Shown: positions 38,633 to 52,688, counted from the first letter of the stretch. The stretch: DNA of 64,000 nucleotides from Geosiphon pyriformis uo1 (GCA_016748015.1 JAAOMT010000571.1:1-64000), one strand, 5' to 3'. Notes: generated by a model from the letters alone, not told the origin. A program made the numbers and translations.

Positions 38633-40301
38633 ATAAAAACTTCTTTTTTTTTCCAAATTTCTCAAAAAGTGTTTTTTTGAAAAAAGAAGTTTTTTGGTTT
38701 TTATTTTTTTTTGTTAATTTTTTACAATATTTCTTAAACAAATAATCTCTTTGTAATAGACTTAGTGGCTGTTTTAAGTAATAGTATATCAAAAAAAAAG
38801 CACTTAAAAGTGCTTTTTAAGACTCTATTGGGAGTTTTTTTTTTCCAAAAAAAAAGATTTCAGTTGACAATATCAAGTATTCTGGTGATAAAAAAAAATA
38901 TCTTTTTGGTTAAACTTAATATTAGCAATAATATATACTTAAATAAAAACAAATGCATTTGATAATAGTAAAAATGATAGTATGTTTATGAATATTGATA
39001 ATAGCTCTCTTCTTGGTTCAGCAATAAACATTTTTAAAGCAAAAAAAAAGACAATATCAGTTTGAAGTATGGTTTTCTTATTGGTATTATTAATTATGAC
39101 ATAGATAAAGATAAAAAATCTCTCTCTTTTCTACTCAATATTTCTTTGGAAAATAGATGAATTGACTTAAAAATTGTGAAAACTAAAATTAAAATATTAA
39201 TTAAAAAGTTTTTTGTCTTGGACATTAATCTTTCAGCCATAAAAAACAAATCTACAATAGTAAAAACTTAGTACATTAAAAAAGTTTTTTCAATTATCAA
39301 TAGTTTTGGAGGGAGAATTAATATTTTCTCAAAATTTAAAAAGATCATTAGATCTACATTTACTTTAGAAGAAAGCATGAATAAAATTATTTTATTGGCT
39401 AAAAAAAAGGAAATTAAAATAAACAGTAATTTCAAAAGATAAGAAATTAAGTCAAATTGAACTATAGTAATTAAGAAAATTCTCATAGATATGTCAAAAA
39501 AAATAATCATTATTACAGTTGCTAAATATAGTCAAATTGTGTTAATTAAATTACAACTAATTAAGATGTAACAAAGGCTATGGTTAAGTTTACCAAATTG
39601 AAACAAACAGATTAATTGACAACAAAATAGTCATTTTTAATTAGGAAAAATTCTGTGTACATAGTCAAAGCTATAAGAGATCATAATATCTGGGCATCTA
39701 GAAATCAATTCAGAACACTTTTGTTTATTTTGCCAATAAAAATAATTACATATAATCTTAAGACTCTTTTGAAAAAAGCTAGTAGAAAAACTTGTATCAT
39801 AAATTAATTATTAAATATTAGTAATAGGATTTGCTGTACTGTAATTGGCTTTAAATCTAATGAAAAATTGAAATCTGTCTTTTATACAAAACCAATTTTA
39901 AGTAATATAAAGCTCTTTTGGACTAGAATAAATTTGGTTTTTTGTAAAAAGTATAGACATTTTGAATATTTTGCTTTGAAGTGTAATACACTAATTGCAT
40001 CTATTTTTAAGCCTTTAAAAACAATTAAAAGAGCTGTTTTAAATAAAAATTGTTTTTAATTGACAAGATTGTACATAAAAAAAAGTGTTTTTATTTTTTG
40101 CTCTGCTGTCTTTGATAACAAATTATGAGCTCAGATTGTGTTATTAGCTTTAATTCACAATAACTTTTTCTCTGGTTCTGGTTTTGGTTTTTTTTTAGTG
40201 TTTCAGGCACTATAAAAGTTTTTTCTTCTCCACAATGTGTTTTGTTAATTAAAGCTTGATTGGCTTTCTTGAAATGCTTATTGGAATTATTGACTAACCA
40301 G
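38633..40301 (+). mobile_element. Eroded LINE 5' fragment (5' UTR + ORF1), cut by an LTR at 40302
   Basis: AAAAACTTCTTTTTTT..CCAAATT 5' end; LDINLSAIKNKST, IVIKKILIDMSKK, CKKYRHFEYFALKC, LKCLLELLTNQ match ORF1 of copy B. Confidence 0.82.
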
Positions 40302-41185
40302 TGTTATAGGTAATTATTTGAAATCTCAAAACAAATAACAAATTCATAATTTAGTGCTTAATAGCTGATATAATAGTAATATCTGAAAATTTTTGTAATC
40401 TAAAGATTTTGAGTTTGAGTTCTTTGTATAATGAACAGAGATTCAATAATTGTTTTCATTAGCCTCCTGGAATTGCAATTCCATCAAATTTCTTTCTCAG
40501 TATAATGGCCAATAATCCCTTAGTAAGTTATCCTTAATCTAATAAGTTTCTACTCTTGTTCCTAGGTCTTCTACCAGTCTTTTGATGTCAACAATTCAGT
40601 GCTTAATCCTTTCTCATTTAGTAAACAACAAAAAAAATATAAAAAAAAAATATAAAAAAATTAAAAAATTAAAAAAATTAAGCCAAGACAAGTTAGTATT
40701 CTGTTAATAGTCATAATTAAGAGCTATTGTTCCAATATGGTCAAGTATAATTTACTATCAACATAAAGTATTAATAGTAGATAATTGGATTGATATAATT
40801 AATAAGTATATTTATTAATGGTGTGAATGTATAGATGCTAACTAGAAAATAGAACTCAGATATCTAAAGATTCTTAACTAGAAATTCTCTTTTTTTTTGT
40901 ATTTAATAATTATGATTAGTGAGTTTAATTAACTCTAAGAATTTAATTCACTTATTTTCTAACTTTTAATACTACTACTATATATATATAATTTATATTA
41001 TACAAGATTCCTTGAATTCCTCAATTCTCTAGCCAGGAATTCTAAAATTCTTGGAATTCTGTAATTTCTCATATAAAAATCTTGTAATTCCTTTGAAAAA
41101 AATCCTGAAATTTCACTTTTACTATGTCTATTTTGATTGGCTAATTTATGTACTAATATTTAATTCCTATATTTTATGAGTAACA
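40302..41185 (-). repeat. 3' LTR of a second, minus-strand gypsy element
   Basis: On minus: GCTCAATATTAAAGAAGAGAATAA|TGTTACTC...TTACCTATAACA, the same PPT/LTR junction as at 11920-11955; short GAATT repeats in U3; shared TACTAAC motif. Confidence 0.82.
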
Positions 41186-41975
41186 TTATTCTCTTCTTTA
41201 ATATTGAGCTTCTGTAAAATCTTCTAAGTTTTTCTTTTGTATCAATGTTGTTGCTGTAATTTCTATTGTTATTTTTAAATCTAATTTTTATACATGACTG
41301 GGGCTTTTAACTATATTGGTCTGTCCAGAATATTTAAGTTCAAATTTTGCATCTGTATTATGTGCATGTTCAGACATAATGCCCTTATTATTATTACTGA
41401 ATTGAGTTAATTTCTGCCCCATTGTAAGATCTAGAAGCATAATATATTGTTTGGTGTTTGAAGTAGAGTTTGAATTATTGTTGGTGGAGTTTGAATCATT
41501 GTTGATATTTAGTGGAGTTTGAATCATTGTCATCATTAATGGAATTTGAATTGAGATTAAGTTTTGATTCTGATTTCGATTTGTTCTCACTAATTGGCTC
41601 TTATTTGAATATATAACACATAAGAGTAGATTGTAACTATGTTCCAATATTCTGACTCAGAGCTGTCAAATAAGTTTTACTGATTTATTGGTACTGTGAG
41701 AATTAGGTTTTATTGGGCTATTAGAGATAAGTTTTCTTGTATAATAGTAGAATTTGGAATTTATTGGACTTCGAATGTTTAGGTTTTTGAATAATTTCTG
41801 GAATTTGAATTGTTAGAGGTTTAATAAGTTTTTATTAATGGTAAGTTTCTTTGTATGATAGCAAAATTAGAATTATTAAGTTCAAATGTTTGGGTTTTGA
41901 ATAATCAGATCTTAAATAATCGGAGTTTTTTTTTTTTTTTTTTTTAATAATATTCCAAGTGGGTCCCTAAAATTT
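41186..41975 (-). mobile_element. Internally deleted gypsy remnant (gag low-complexity piece, dUTPase N-terminus, PPT)
   Basis: FSNNNKGIMSEHAHNTDAKFELKYSG matches the dUTPase motif 1 region, only ~130 bp from the PPT. Confidence 0.7.
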
Positions 41976-42204
41976 TAAAAGATGGTACAAAGACCTTAAA
42001 TAAATCAATCAATAAAATAATAAACAACAAAAAATAAAAATACAGTAACAAATTTACATTTCTGCAAAATTGGAAAAACATTTAGCATAAGCTAAGTAAA
42101 TTTTATTTTGGTTAAGAAGAATTTTATCTTTTCAAATTTGTGCTTAGATTTGACATATAATAATTCAGTTTAGGATTATACTATATTGATCTAAATAAAC
42201 AATA

Positions 42205-44270
42205 ATGACTTTAATTAATAATAATGTTATTGATTATTTAATGATTAATGAATTTAATGAATTTAAAAATAATAATAATGATAAAAATAATGACCAAAAA
42301 GATTTTAATAACAATAAATTCAGCATTTTAAGTTCCAGTTCTTTAAACAATAATAATTTGATCTTTGCATTAAAGATTATAAATAAAATTCACACATTTA
42401 GATACAAATTTCATGTCAATTACTTGCTAAAAAATTTTAACGATTTCAATTGGTATGTTACTAAACCACCAGTTTATAAACATCAAAAGTTTATTAATAT
42501 TATCAATTTTTTGCATAAGTTTTGCACAGATAATGGGCAGAAAGTTCTTTTTAAAAAGTTTTTGGTTAGTTTGTCAATGCTTTGAGGAATCTATTTGGCT
42601 CATATAGATAAAAACAAAATGTATTGAACAATATTAAATGCTTTGAAGATGCAATTTGTTTGATTATCCAATTTGCTGTAACAGAATAGTATTTTGAATC
42701 AACATTATCTAATTGCTGTCAAATCTAATCCTGATGATTGTGTGTTCATAAAATTAGAATATCATAAGTTATGCAAAAATCACATTGTAAACAGTAACTT
42801 TTTCATCATTAAAAAGAATTTGATCACAATTAAGAGATTGATTAATTCTCATGCAACTTGGGGTAATTTTGCAAATTTGGGAGATTATGAGTGTTATGTT
42901 GTTTTAAATGTGAACCATAGAACTAGAGAAGTCGAAGCTTTTATGGCTAAATTGGTGGCAATTGCTCATAATCATTCTTTGCATGATTCTTTTCTATTTG
43001 GCCATTGCAAATTACTTTTGTTTAAACTGGAGTTTTGACCAGATATTTTCAGATATAGTAAAGATATATTAACTCGAAATAATCTTTAGGATTATTATTT
43101 TAGATTAGATTTGGAAAAAGTTGTGGTTTATACTATTGATTCAGTTAATCTTCAAGCACATCTTTCTATGTATTGAATTGTTCTACCAGTGTTACCAGAG
43201 GTTTTTGGTCTCTTTTCTTGAATGTTGTTAATGTTGATTTGCTGTGAATTCATGTTTTTAGGAAGTAGTTGAACCTCCAGTAACTGAATTTATCTTCAAA
43301 TTATCTCCTATAATTTGAATTACTGGGCTTATAAGTGGAATGGCCAATTCTGTGCCAGTTACTTTGTGTAGTTACGTTGTAGTAAACGTCAACTCTTTCC
43401 CAGGAATTGCTCATCTGGAAGCTCACTAAAAATGTGTAGTTACTTTGCTGTGAAAGTCAACTCTTCTACAGGAATCTCGTCTGTAGGCTACCCTAACGAT
43501 TATGATAAGAAAAATAAAAAAAAATAAAAAAAATGTAAAAGAAATGGAATTTATCAAGGAAAACGTTTTCTATTCAGGCCTGGAGTCACTAACAGTTTAT
43601 TGAAATTGGTAGCTAATCAATTTCAAAACGTTAGTTGTGTTGAGGGAATTTCAAGTGTAATAATTTAAGGATTTGGTTTTCGAATATTTAATTTTTATTT
43701 AATTTTTGTAAAAAGTGATTTGTTCTAATTAAGATATCTAAAGTAAGATACTATGGTAAAATATGAGAAGGATATGGGAAGGATACATTTTCTTGAAGAA
43801 AGAAGCTCTTCTTTTATACAACTTGTTGTAGTACTAGTCTTTGAACTTGCACTTTTCTTTTTGCTACAATTTGGGTGAACTAAAGATACATTTCGGCAAA
43901 TTTACAAGTTATTTCACTGAACTATTGATTATTTCGGCGAATTTTTATTAATTTCGGCGAATTTTGACTATGTTAAATGGTTCAGGGTATTGTGTAATTT
44001 GATCATCTTAATTTCTAGAGTACAAATCGAATTATTGATTGAGTAATAATATTTGATAATTTGGCTAATTTAATAAGTGATAATCGAAATGATAATAATA
44101 TGCTAATTAATAATAGGAATTATGAAGATAATTTCGTGCTAATTAATAGCTAAAATTCCACTGGTAACACCAGGTATGTTAATTTTGGTCAATGTTAAAC
44201 AACTTGGATAAAGCTTTTGAAGATGATGTGTACAATTTTGATGAATTAATCTATATATATTATAATATTA
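42205..44270 (+). pseudogene. Unknown intronless ~350-codon pseudogene split by a solo LTR
   Basis: ORFs at 42205 and 42694 share a frame that continues to 43189 and appears to resume after the TSD (IVLP|GMLILVNVKQLG); stops are transition-type; no recognised domain. Confidence 0.55.
43190..44169 (-). mobile_element. Solo LTR (980 bp)
   Basis: 9-bp terminal inverted repeat TGTTACCAG...CTGGTAACA; perfect TSD CCAG at 43186-43189 and 44170-44173; TATAAAAG on minus near 43812-43819; TTTCGGC(A/G)AATT repeated three times. Confidence 0.88.
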
Positions 44271-44279
44271 AGCCTGCAA

Positions 44280-46600
44280 AAAAAAATAACTCTATGATTG
44301 ATAATTGGTTCTTAATTTTTGGACTCAAATATTTAATAATAATGTTTGCTAATATTTTTATATGATTTTTAGTATTATTAAAAATTGAGATTCTTATATT
44401 TTTGTGATTTTTGGCTAGTAAGTATAAGTTAATAATGACAATAATTTTATTTTGGCATCTTTCAAATTCTATTTCAAAAATTTATGGTTGATTCTTGATT
44501 TTTTATGATATTTCTAATAAATATTTATAATATAATGAAATAGAAACGTAATTTGTTAAAATAATTTCTTGTTGATTTATAATTTTCTCTGTTATATTAA
44601 TAAATAAGTTAATTTTTTCTATTAATTCAAATTTTTTAATATTTTTAACAGTTATTTTTAATTTTGTTATTTTAATTAAAAACAGAAATATAGCTTGTAT
44701 TATTATTTTTTTAGTTCTATTTTATAATATAATAACAATCTTTTTTATGTATTTAACATTAACTATTTCTTTTTTTATAGTAATTTTTTTTAGCTAAGTT
44801 AGATCTAAATATTAATTGAATTATAGTAATTGTTAAAACTTCTAATATTAATTTTAAATCTATATTAATAAGCAAACAGAGTTCTAAAACTATAAAAACT
44901 TGTCTTAAATATTTAAAGTTAAATCTAATATCTGTTTTATGTGCTTTTTTGAGCATATTATTTTTGTTGTTTTTGTTAAACTATTTCAGTTTTTGTTTTT
45001 TTAATATATTAAAAAGTGTGATATATTATTTAGCTTCAAAAGTAATATTTGAATCTGTATTAAATTTAAAAGTATAATATATTATTTAGCTTTAAAAATA
45101 GTATTTGAATCTGTATTAAATTTAAAAATAATGTTTAAATTGGGATTAAGCTTTAATTTTAATTTATTAACTTTGCTAATTGGTTTGTTAAACTTTAGGT
45201 TAGAATAAATAATGCATGATAGTAGATTATAAACAATATTATATTTGTTACAATATTTGAATTAATATAAAATAAAACAATATTTACATAATTAGATTTT
45301 AAAATTGACAAGTTTTTGTTTTTGTTCTTTTTGAATAGATGTTAATAACTAGTAGTATTTATTAAATTCTGCTGAATTATTAAGCATTATAAAAAGTAAG
45401 TCTTAAAATAAATTTTTTTTTATGTGTTTTTAATTATATATATTTTTTTTAATAGTACTATTATATTTAATAGTTGCTATTTTTCAGATTTTGTTTTTGT
45501 TATATAAACAATTATTTAATCAAGTAAGAGCATGATTATATATAGCTTGTAATAATGTTTTTTTTATTTAATTATAAATGAAGATTATATATTAATATAA
45601 CTTATTATATAATTTTTTTTTTTCTAAAATGTTATTTTATATTTTTTCATTTGAGAGAGTTTTTTTACATATTAAACATAATTTTTTGTTTTATTTTTTT
45701 TGTCTTTTGGAGTAGTTAAATTATTCAAAAATACATAAATAACAATAATATTTGGTTACTATTGGATATTTTTTATTATTATTACAATAAACATTTATGA
45801 ATAAGAGTTTTTTTTTATAGTTAATACAAATTAATTTTGGCTATTAATAATATAAGTCTCTAAGAGTACTATATAGTTGTTATAAAATAACTATATTGTT
45901 TTTTCTTTAGTATAATAGTATATATATAAAAGTAGTAGTTTGTAATTTCTCCACTTTTTTTTTAAGTTAATATAGCAGATAAGTTATTTCTTAAATTATT
46001 GGTTTATAAAACTTGGTATATATCCAAAATAATTTTTTTTTCTTTTAATTTAATCAGTGGTGTTTTACTAGTTGTTTTAAAATACTTATATGTTATTAAT
46101 GCTTTTGTATAATGTTTTTAATAGCTTAGTTAAAGTTTTTAAATGTTTTAATTAAGTATTATATTGGTTTTAAACAGTTAATTATTATTAATAATGGCTT
46201 AATATTGCATAACTTTCATAATAAGAGCTTTGATTAACACTATAATGCTGTTAACTTTAAATAAAAAGTCGTTAATTTTACTAATTAAAGTTTTTATAAT
46301 TTTATTAGTTATAATAATATATGTATTAACAATTTGATCAACTTAATAATCTAATTAGTTTATAAACTGTCATGTAATAATACTGTTTGCTAACTTATTA
46401 TTAAAAATAAACTTAATAAGTTGATTATTAACTTTAATATTTGTGTATATAATAGTAATAAGTTGTGTTAAGTTTAAAATTGTTCTATTAAATAACAGTT
46501 TTTTTTTTAATTTAAATAGAAAAATAGCAACAAGTATGCTATTTTCAATAATAATTGTGAATAAAATTATGTTGTGGCCTTGAATATTATAATTAAATAT
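44280..46600 (-). mobile_element. Eroded gypsy pol relic (protease - Cys-rich spacer - dUTPase)
   Basis: IIYTNIKVNNQLIKFIFNNKLANSII (PR, ~46375-46455); MLKKAHKTDIRFNFKY...IDLKLILEV...RSNLAKK (dUTPase, 44759-44956). Same order as in 4671-13016. Confidence 0.75.
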
Positions 46601-46619
46601 GATAGTTTTAGTTGTAATG

Positions 46620-47830
46620 AAAAAACTTAAATAGTTTTGGAAATTTAAAAAAGATAATTAAACATTTCTCGAATTTTTAGCTCTAATTTTAACTTGTAAT
46701 CTGCAAATTTAAAAACTTATAATAAAATAAATAACTAAAAATACTATTAGCATTTGAAAAATTTATTATTAAATTCATTTTATTTTTTGTTTAAATATTT
46801 TTAAGCCATATAAAAAAAATAATAAACAGTCTTATTTAGAAAGTTTTTTGGTAAACAAAATTTTATTTTCAAATTTTTTTTAATTAAAGTGTTTTATTTA
46901 TGTACATATTTTTAAAGATAAAACTAAGCTAAATCTTATAATTAATAATAGATTATAATATAGTTAAAACCAAATAAAAAAACTGTTTGTTTATAATGGT
47001 TTTTTTGAAACTATATTAGTAAAAAATTAAATATTTAAATGTGTTTTTATCAAACTGAACTTAGATAAATTATTCAATAACAAAAATACTTAAATATCTA
47101 TAAGACTTTTTTTTATAATTAAAATTAGCAAATTATTGATTAACAAAAATAGAACTCTTACTTTTTAATTAATAAAAATGACTATAGTTTTATTATTGTT
47201 AATTAAAATATTATTGATTAAAAAAAACATATTTATAATATTTAAAATATATTGAGTAATTGCTTAAATAATTTTTATTTAAATTAGATTATCAATAAAA
47301 ATTTTAGTAATAAAAAAAAAGTTAATCAATTTAACTTTTAATTTTTTTAATTTTAGTAAAAAATTTAATATTAATTTAGTATTTACAAAAACTTTTTTGC
47401 TTTTTATTTTATATAAAAAAGAATCATAAAAAATTTTTTAGAAAAAATTTTATTTTAGTTTAAATTATTATGTATTTGGTATTTGTTTATTGATTTATAA
47501 TTTATTATAACTTGATTAATTCTATTATTATAAATATTGTCAAAAAGATTTATAAACCTATTACATATTTTTATTTTAAGCCAACTATTTTTTAAATAAT
47601 ACTAACTAACAAAATTATAAACTTTACATATATTTTATAAGATTAGTTAAAACTTGTAATCTTTTTTCAAAGTATTTTTTATTATTAATTTAATTGCAAA
47701 AATTGGAGACTGAATTGTAATATCTTTTAAAACAAAAAAATTATTATTACAAAAAACATTAAATTTACTGTAAATAAATAAAATTTTATTAAAAAAAATC
47801 TTTGAAAAATTTTTTAAGTAATATTAATTA
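46620..47830 (-). mobile_element. Eroded LINE RT relic
   Basis: SKFNVFCNNNFFVLKDITIQSPIFAI matches SKFDVLRDNNFSVLKGTSTQSPISAV of copy B. Confidence 0.7.
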
Positions 47831-48047
47831 AATTTTTATTTATTTATATAGTTTAAAAATTATTGATATTTATATTTCTTTTCAAAATTAATTATACTTT
47901 AAATAAAAATTTAAAAAATTTAAAAACATATTCAAAACAAAATTATTATAATATTTCCAAAGTTTATTAATAATTTCAAACAAATTAGTGGTTTTTTCTT
48001 TAGATAAGTTTTTAATTATATTTAATATCTTATTATATTTAATAGTA

Positions 48048-49900
48048 TTTTTTTTTTATACTTTATGAGTGAGGTTCAAACACTGTCTAGAACTATACAT
48101 CAAAAAAATAATCTAAACTAGATGTGAATCATGTATTTTTTACATGTAATCAGCCACTTAGGCCGATTAGAACAACACTATTCAGCTATATAGACTGAAA
48201 CAAAATCACCAATATTTGAAAAAAATAAACAAAATCTACAAAAGCCAAAACAAACACCAATAGTATTTATAATATTAAAAAAAACTTTATTATTAATATA
48301 ATTTAAAAGCATATATTAATGTTATTATATACTAAAAATACTGTTTAAAAATTTTTTTTCTTGTTTATTTTTTTATAATTTTATCTACTTTTAATTTAAT
48401 CTTATTAGAATCTAAACCTAATTTTTTTTTAATAATTAAATAATTTAAAATCATTTTTTAAAATGAATATTTCAAAATATTTTTGATAATATAGGCTTTA
48501 TTAATTATAAAGTTTTCTATTTTTTAGTAATAATAGATTTAATATTTAATTTCTTAGTTTTTTAAAACTTAACAAGTTTAAATATTTGATAAAACTTTTT
48601 TATATTAAACAAAATATATTTAATATTATTATAACTAGTTTTAAATCCAAATACATAAAGTTTTATTACTATTAAAAAACATTTAATAACTGATTAAAAA
48701 AGCAAGCTTTTTATTTGGCTTTAACTATAAAACTTTAACATTTATAAAAACCAAAAATTTTAACTTATAGAATTTAAACAAATATTTAGTAAAAATACTA
48801 TTAAAATTCTTAAATCAAGATTTGGTAAATATCTTATTAGTTAAAAAACAAATTATTTTTCAAATATTTTATATTTTATTTAGATTATATAAAGTTTTTA
48901 AAACAAAAAACTTCTTAGAAAATTTAATAACTGTAATTAATATAATATCTTTAAAATAAAACTACTTAATAATATTAATATTTATAATGTTAAATTTTTA
49001 AATATATTTATAAAAAGTATTTAATAATATTTTCAAAAAACCATCTAAGTTTATAAAAACAAAAACAGATCTATAATTAATATTAAAAATTTTTTTAACA
49101 TCTAATATATTATAATTAACTACAGCATTAATAAGATTTACAGAAATTAATATATAGTTTATAGTTTTTTTAATTACTTTAGAATTTATTTAAGTAAATA
49201 CTTTAATAATTAAATTTCTTATTAAAAAATTAACTTGATTTAAATCAAAATATTTTCTAAAATTAACATATTTTTAAAAATTACAAATAACAATTTATTT
49301 ATAGTTTTAACAATTATAAAATTAATTTTTATAGCTTGAAATAAGTAAATAACTAAAATAATACCAATATAAAATTTTAAAACAATAATTAAAAGTTTGT
49401 TTTTAAAAAACAATTTTATTAACAAAAGTTAATTAGCAATTTTAAAAACTTTGCATATATATTTAGTTAAATAATTGTTTATAATAATTGTAATATTAAA
49501 ATCCAAGTAGTTAAACTTTAAATTAGAAGTATAAATTCAAATATTATTAAATTTATTCATAATTTAGAAATGTATTTTATTTTTCAGTTTTGTCTTAATA
49601 ACAATAAAAATTAAATTATTTGTTTTTTTGTATTATCTAATAATATTTTTCTGTTTTATAAAATTATTTATATCTTTAATATTATATATTGCAATTTTTT
49701 AGATAAATTTAGTTATTAAAAAAAAAAATCATAGTAAAAGCCAAAACCAGATTATTAATTTTAGTTATTAGTTTTATAACAAATTTAAATAAACTTTTTA
49801 TTTGTAATTTTATTTTAACCAAATCCAAAAATACCAAAAACTAAACACAAAAACAGTTTTAATCTTGTTATTAATAATTATACTTAAATTTTTTTATTAC
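48048..49900 (-). mobile_element. Internally deleted LINE relic (ORF1 end/APE region + 3' UTR + A-tail)
   Basis: T run at 48048-48057 followed by a recognisable family 3' UTR (48058-48180); LIKLFFKNKLLIIV at 49240-49425 matches the APE segment SIRLLFKNKLSVSV. Confidence 0.7.
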
Positions 49901-49949
49901 TATTTATTTACTAAATTCTATAATAAAAAATTACTAATAGTTAACATTA

Positions 49950-51350
49950 TTATTAGTATAAAAAAACAGAAAATAATAATAACATAAAACAGCCAATAAT
50001 AAAATAAAACATATAATATTAGAAATTTCAAAAATTTCAAAAATACCAATAAAAATACCAAAAATTTTAGAAATATTAGAAATTCTAACAATAATTTAAA
50101 AAAATTGTAGAAATATCAAAAATTTTGTATTATAAAAATTTATGTATATATAACAAAAAATTAGAAGTCAAAAAAACAAATATTTTAAAATCAGACAAAT
50201 TTATTTTAATATTAGTTTAGTTTTTATTATTATTTTAATCAAACTATAATTAATTTAATAAAACATATTACTTAAAATATATTTAACATTATTTATTAAT
50301 AGACTTCAATTTATTTTGTTAAAATTCAAATACTTTTTATATTTAATATTATCAACTTTAACTATATTAACTTAACAACATTGAAACAATAGCTTTTAAT
50401 TATAATTATTAATAAAATATTAATTTTTTTTATTATTTCTTTTTTTTTGTTGTTATTTTTGTTTTATTAATTGATTAATAAAAAGTATTGAAATTACAAC
50501 ATTAAAAATTGTTTGATAAAAACACTAAAACAAAGCATAAATATAATTATAAAAATTAGAATTATTTACTAAAAAAATATAAACACCAGAATAAACTAGT
50601 TATTAAACCAAAAAAAAATTTATATTAATTATTAATTATAATTATATTAAATTTTTGTATATTATATAAAAAACTCTATTACAAAAATTTTCAGAATACA
50701 ACAACTATTAATCTAAATACCAAGTTATAAAACCAACTAAATCTACTCAAAAAATTTACTTATAATAAAATTTAAGACTAAATTAAAAAATCACTAATAT
50801 AAATATATTTAATTTTTTAGCCAACTTACTAATCTATTTTGTAAAATTGATAAGACTATTATTACAGATAATTATTTGGAATACTGGAATAAATAACAAA
50901 TTTATAATTTGATACTTAATAATTAAAGTAGTGGTTAATAGTTTTTGAAAGTTTTAATATTTAAAGAATTTAGTTGAGTTTTTTATATAATAAACAGATA
51001 TAAACTTAGTAATTGTTTTCCAAATTTTTTTCTTCAGTGTAAAAGCTGGTTTAATTTGACAGTTATGTCTTTTTGGTAAGTTATTCTTAAGTTTTCACTC
51101 TTGTTTTATAAGTTTTTTATCAAACCATTTTTAATATTAATATCTTAGTGCTTAATCTTTTAATTAATTAGTATACAACATAAAACAAAAAAAAAGAAAA
51201 AAAAGAAAATAAGAAATTAGTATTTCATTAATAGCTATAATCAAAAATTATTGATCTAATATAATTAAGTAGTGAATATTATTAATATAAGTTGCTAATA
51301 AAATTGAAGAATAAAAATTTTATTTTAATAAAGAAAGTAACATAAATTAG
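49950..51350. mobile_element. Very eroded LTR remnants (probably two, opposite orientations)
   Basis: 9-bp AAATT-type repeats at 50020-50125; 51145-51300 resembles LTR 40590-40790, including the TACTAAT + pyrimidine tract on minus. Confidence 0.45.
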
Positions 51351-51484
51351 ATAATAAACAATAATTTTATTTGATATTTTAAACCTATTTTAAAAAATTG
51401 ATTTGGTTTAAGTTCAATTCATAATTCAAATTAAACTTGAACAACATTCAAAATTTGATTTGGTTTGGTTCAATTAGAACTCTA

Positions 51485-52359
51485 AAGACAGGTTTTGGTT
51501 CAAAAATTGTGATTGATTTTTTTATTTAACATATTATTTGAATTCTAATTATAACTGTTTAACACTTAGATTTTTATATGTTCTTTGAATATATTAATAA
51601 GATTTTGTTGAATTTATATACTTATTTGATAAAAATGATTTATAAAAAATGTTGTTATTAAAAAAAAACTTTATAACAACTGCTATTCTAGTGTATTGTG
51701 TCTGTTGTATAACAAAAAAATTTTTTAATCATGTTTTTACTTGTTCAAAAAATAGTAATTTATATGTAAATATAATTCAAAAAATAATTATTAAATGAAA
51801 ATTTTTATTTGATATTAAGTTGTTCTTTTTATTAGCAATTATACAAAATTTTTTGCTAAGTTTATCAAATATTGATCTGTATAAAATTTTGTACAAAAAT
51901 TTTGTCACAAATAATTGGTTTAAGAAAGTAATATTAGTGTTTGATAATAAAAAAAAAGACTACTTTAGTGGTAGTAAATTTTGCCTATTAAATTGTGAAA
52001 TGTTATAAAATAGTAATATAAGTTTGTAAATTGAAGTTTAGGACAAATATAAAACATTATAGCATAATTAATAATATAAGTTTAATTTCTGTATTGTTTT
52101 AATTTTTGTTTTTTTATTTATTAAATAACATAGTATAATTGTTTAGAATTAATAAAATTTTTGCTATTAGTTTTGGTTTTTATAAGCTTTGTTTGTTTGT
52201 TTTTTAATTTAGATAATAGTGTAATAATTTAGATTAATATGTAATATAGTTTTAATTAAATTAAGTATTTAGTTATATATAATAAGTATATAAGTCATAT
52301 TTAGTTGAAGTTTTTTGGTTTAATTTTTTATATTAGATAATAATAAGACTACACTTGTA

Positions 52360-52360
<1 letters not shown>
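51485..52360 (+). mobile_element. Eroded LINE 3' fragment ending in an (AAT)n tail
   Basis: CLLYNKKIFFNHVFTCSK (decayed knuckle), LYKILYKNFV..WF, SFGFYKLCLF, decayed family 3' UTR. Confidence 0.75.

Positions 52361-52439
<79 letters not shown>
52361..52439 (+). repeat. (AAT)n microsatellite, ~26 units
   Basis: Perfect trinucleotide run. Confidence 0.97.
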
Positions 52440-52440
<1 letters not shown>

Positions 52441-52688
52441 CTTTATTAAAAAATCTTTAAATTTACAAAAACTTTAAATTAATCAATTATAAAAAACACC
52501 AAATTGTAAAAATTTATTTAAAAAATTTATTCATAATAATATTTTTAAAATTTTAATTAATAAATTTGTTTTTGTTAATTAAATTTGTTGTAAAATTTAT
52601 TAATATATTAATTAGTTTGGTTATAATATTGGTAAATATTTTATTTGTTAAAATTGTTAAAATAAAAAAAAACTAGTATATAATTAAG

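Noticed and set aside
41926-41945. Poly(T) run as a retrocopy poly(A) tail
   Set aside because: On minus it reads in frame as TWNII-K(n)-TPII within a gag-like low-complexity region. It is best explained as poly-Glu (GAA)n eroded by G>A; no TSD or LINE 3' UTR is adjacent.
40302-44169. A single LTR element bounded by CCAG at 40298 and 44170
   Set aside because: The two terminal repeats do not align, and 44169 pairs better with 43190 (9-bp inverted ends plus CCAG TSD) as a solo LTR.
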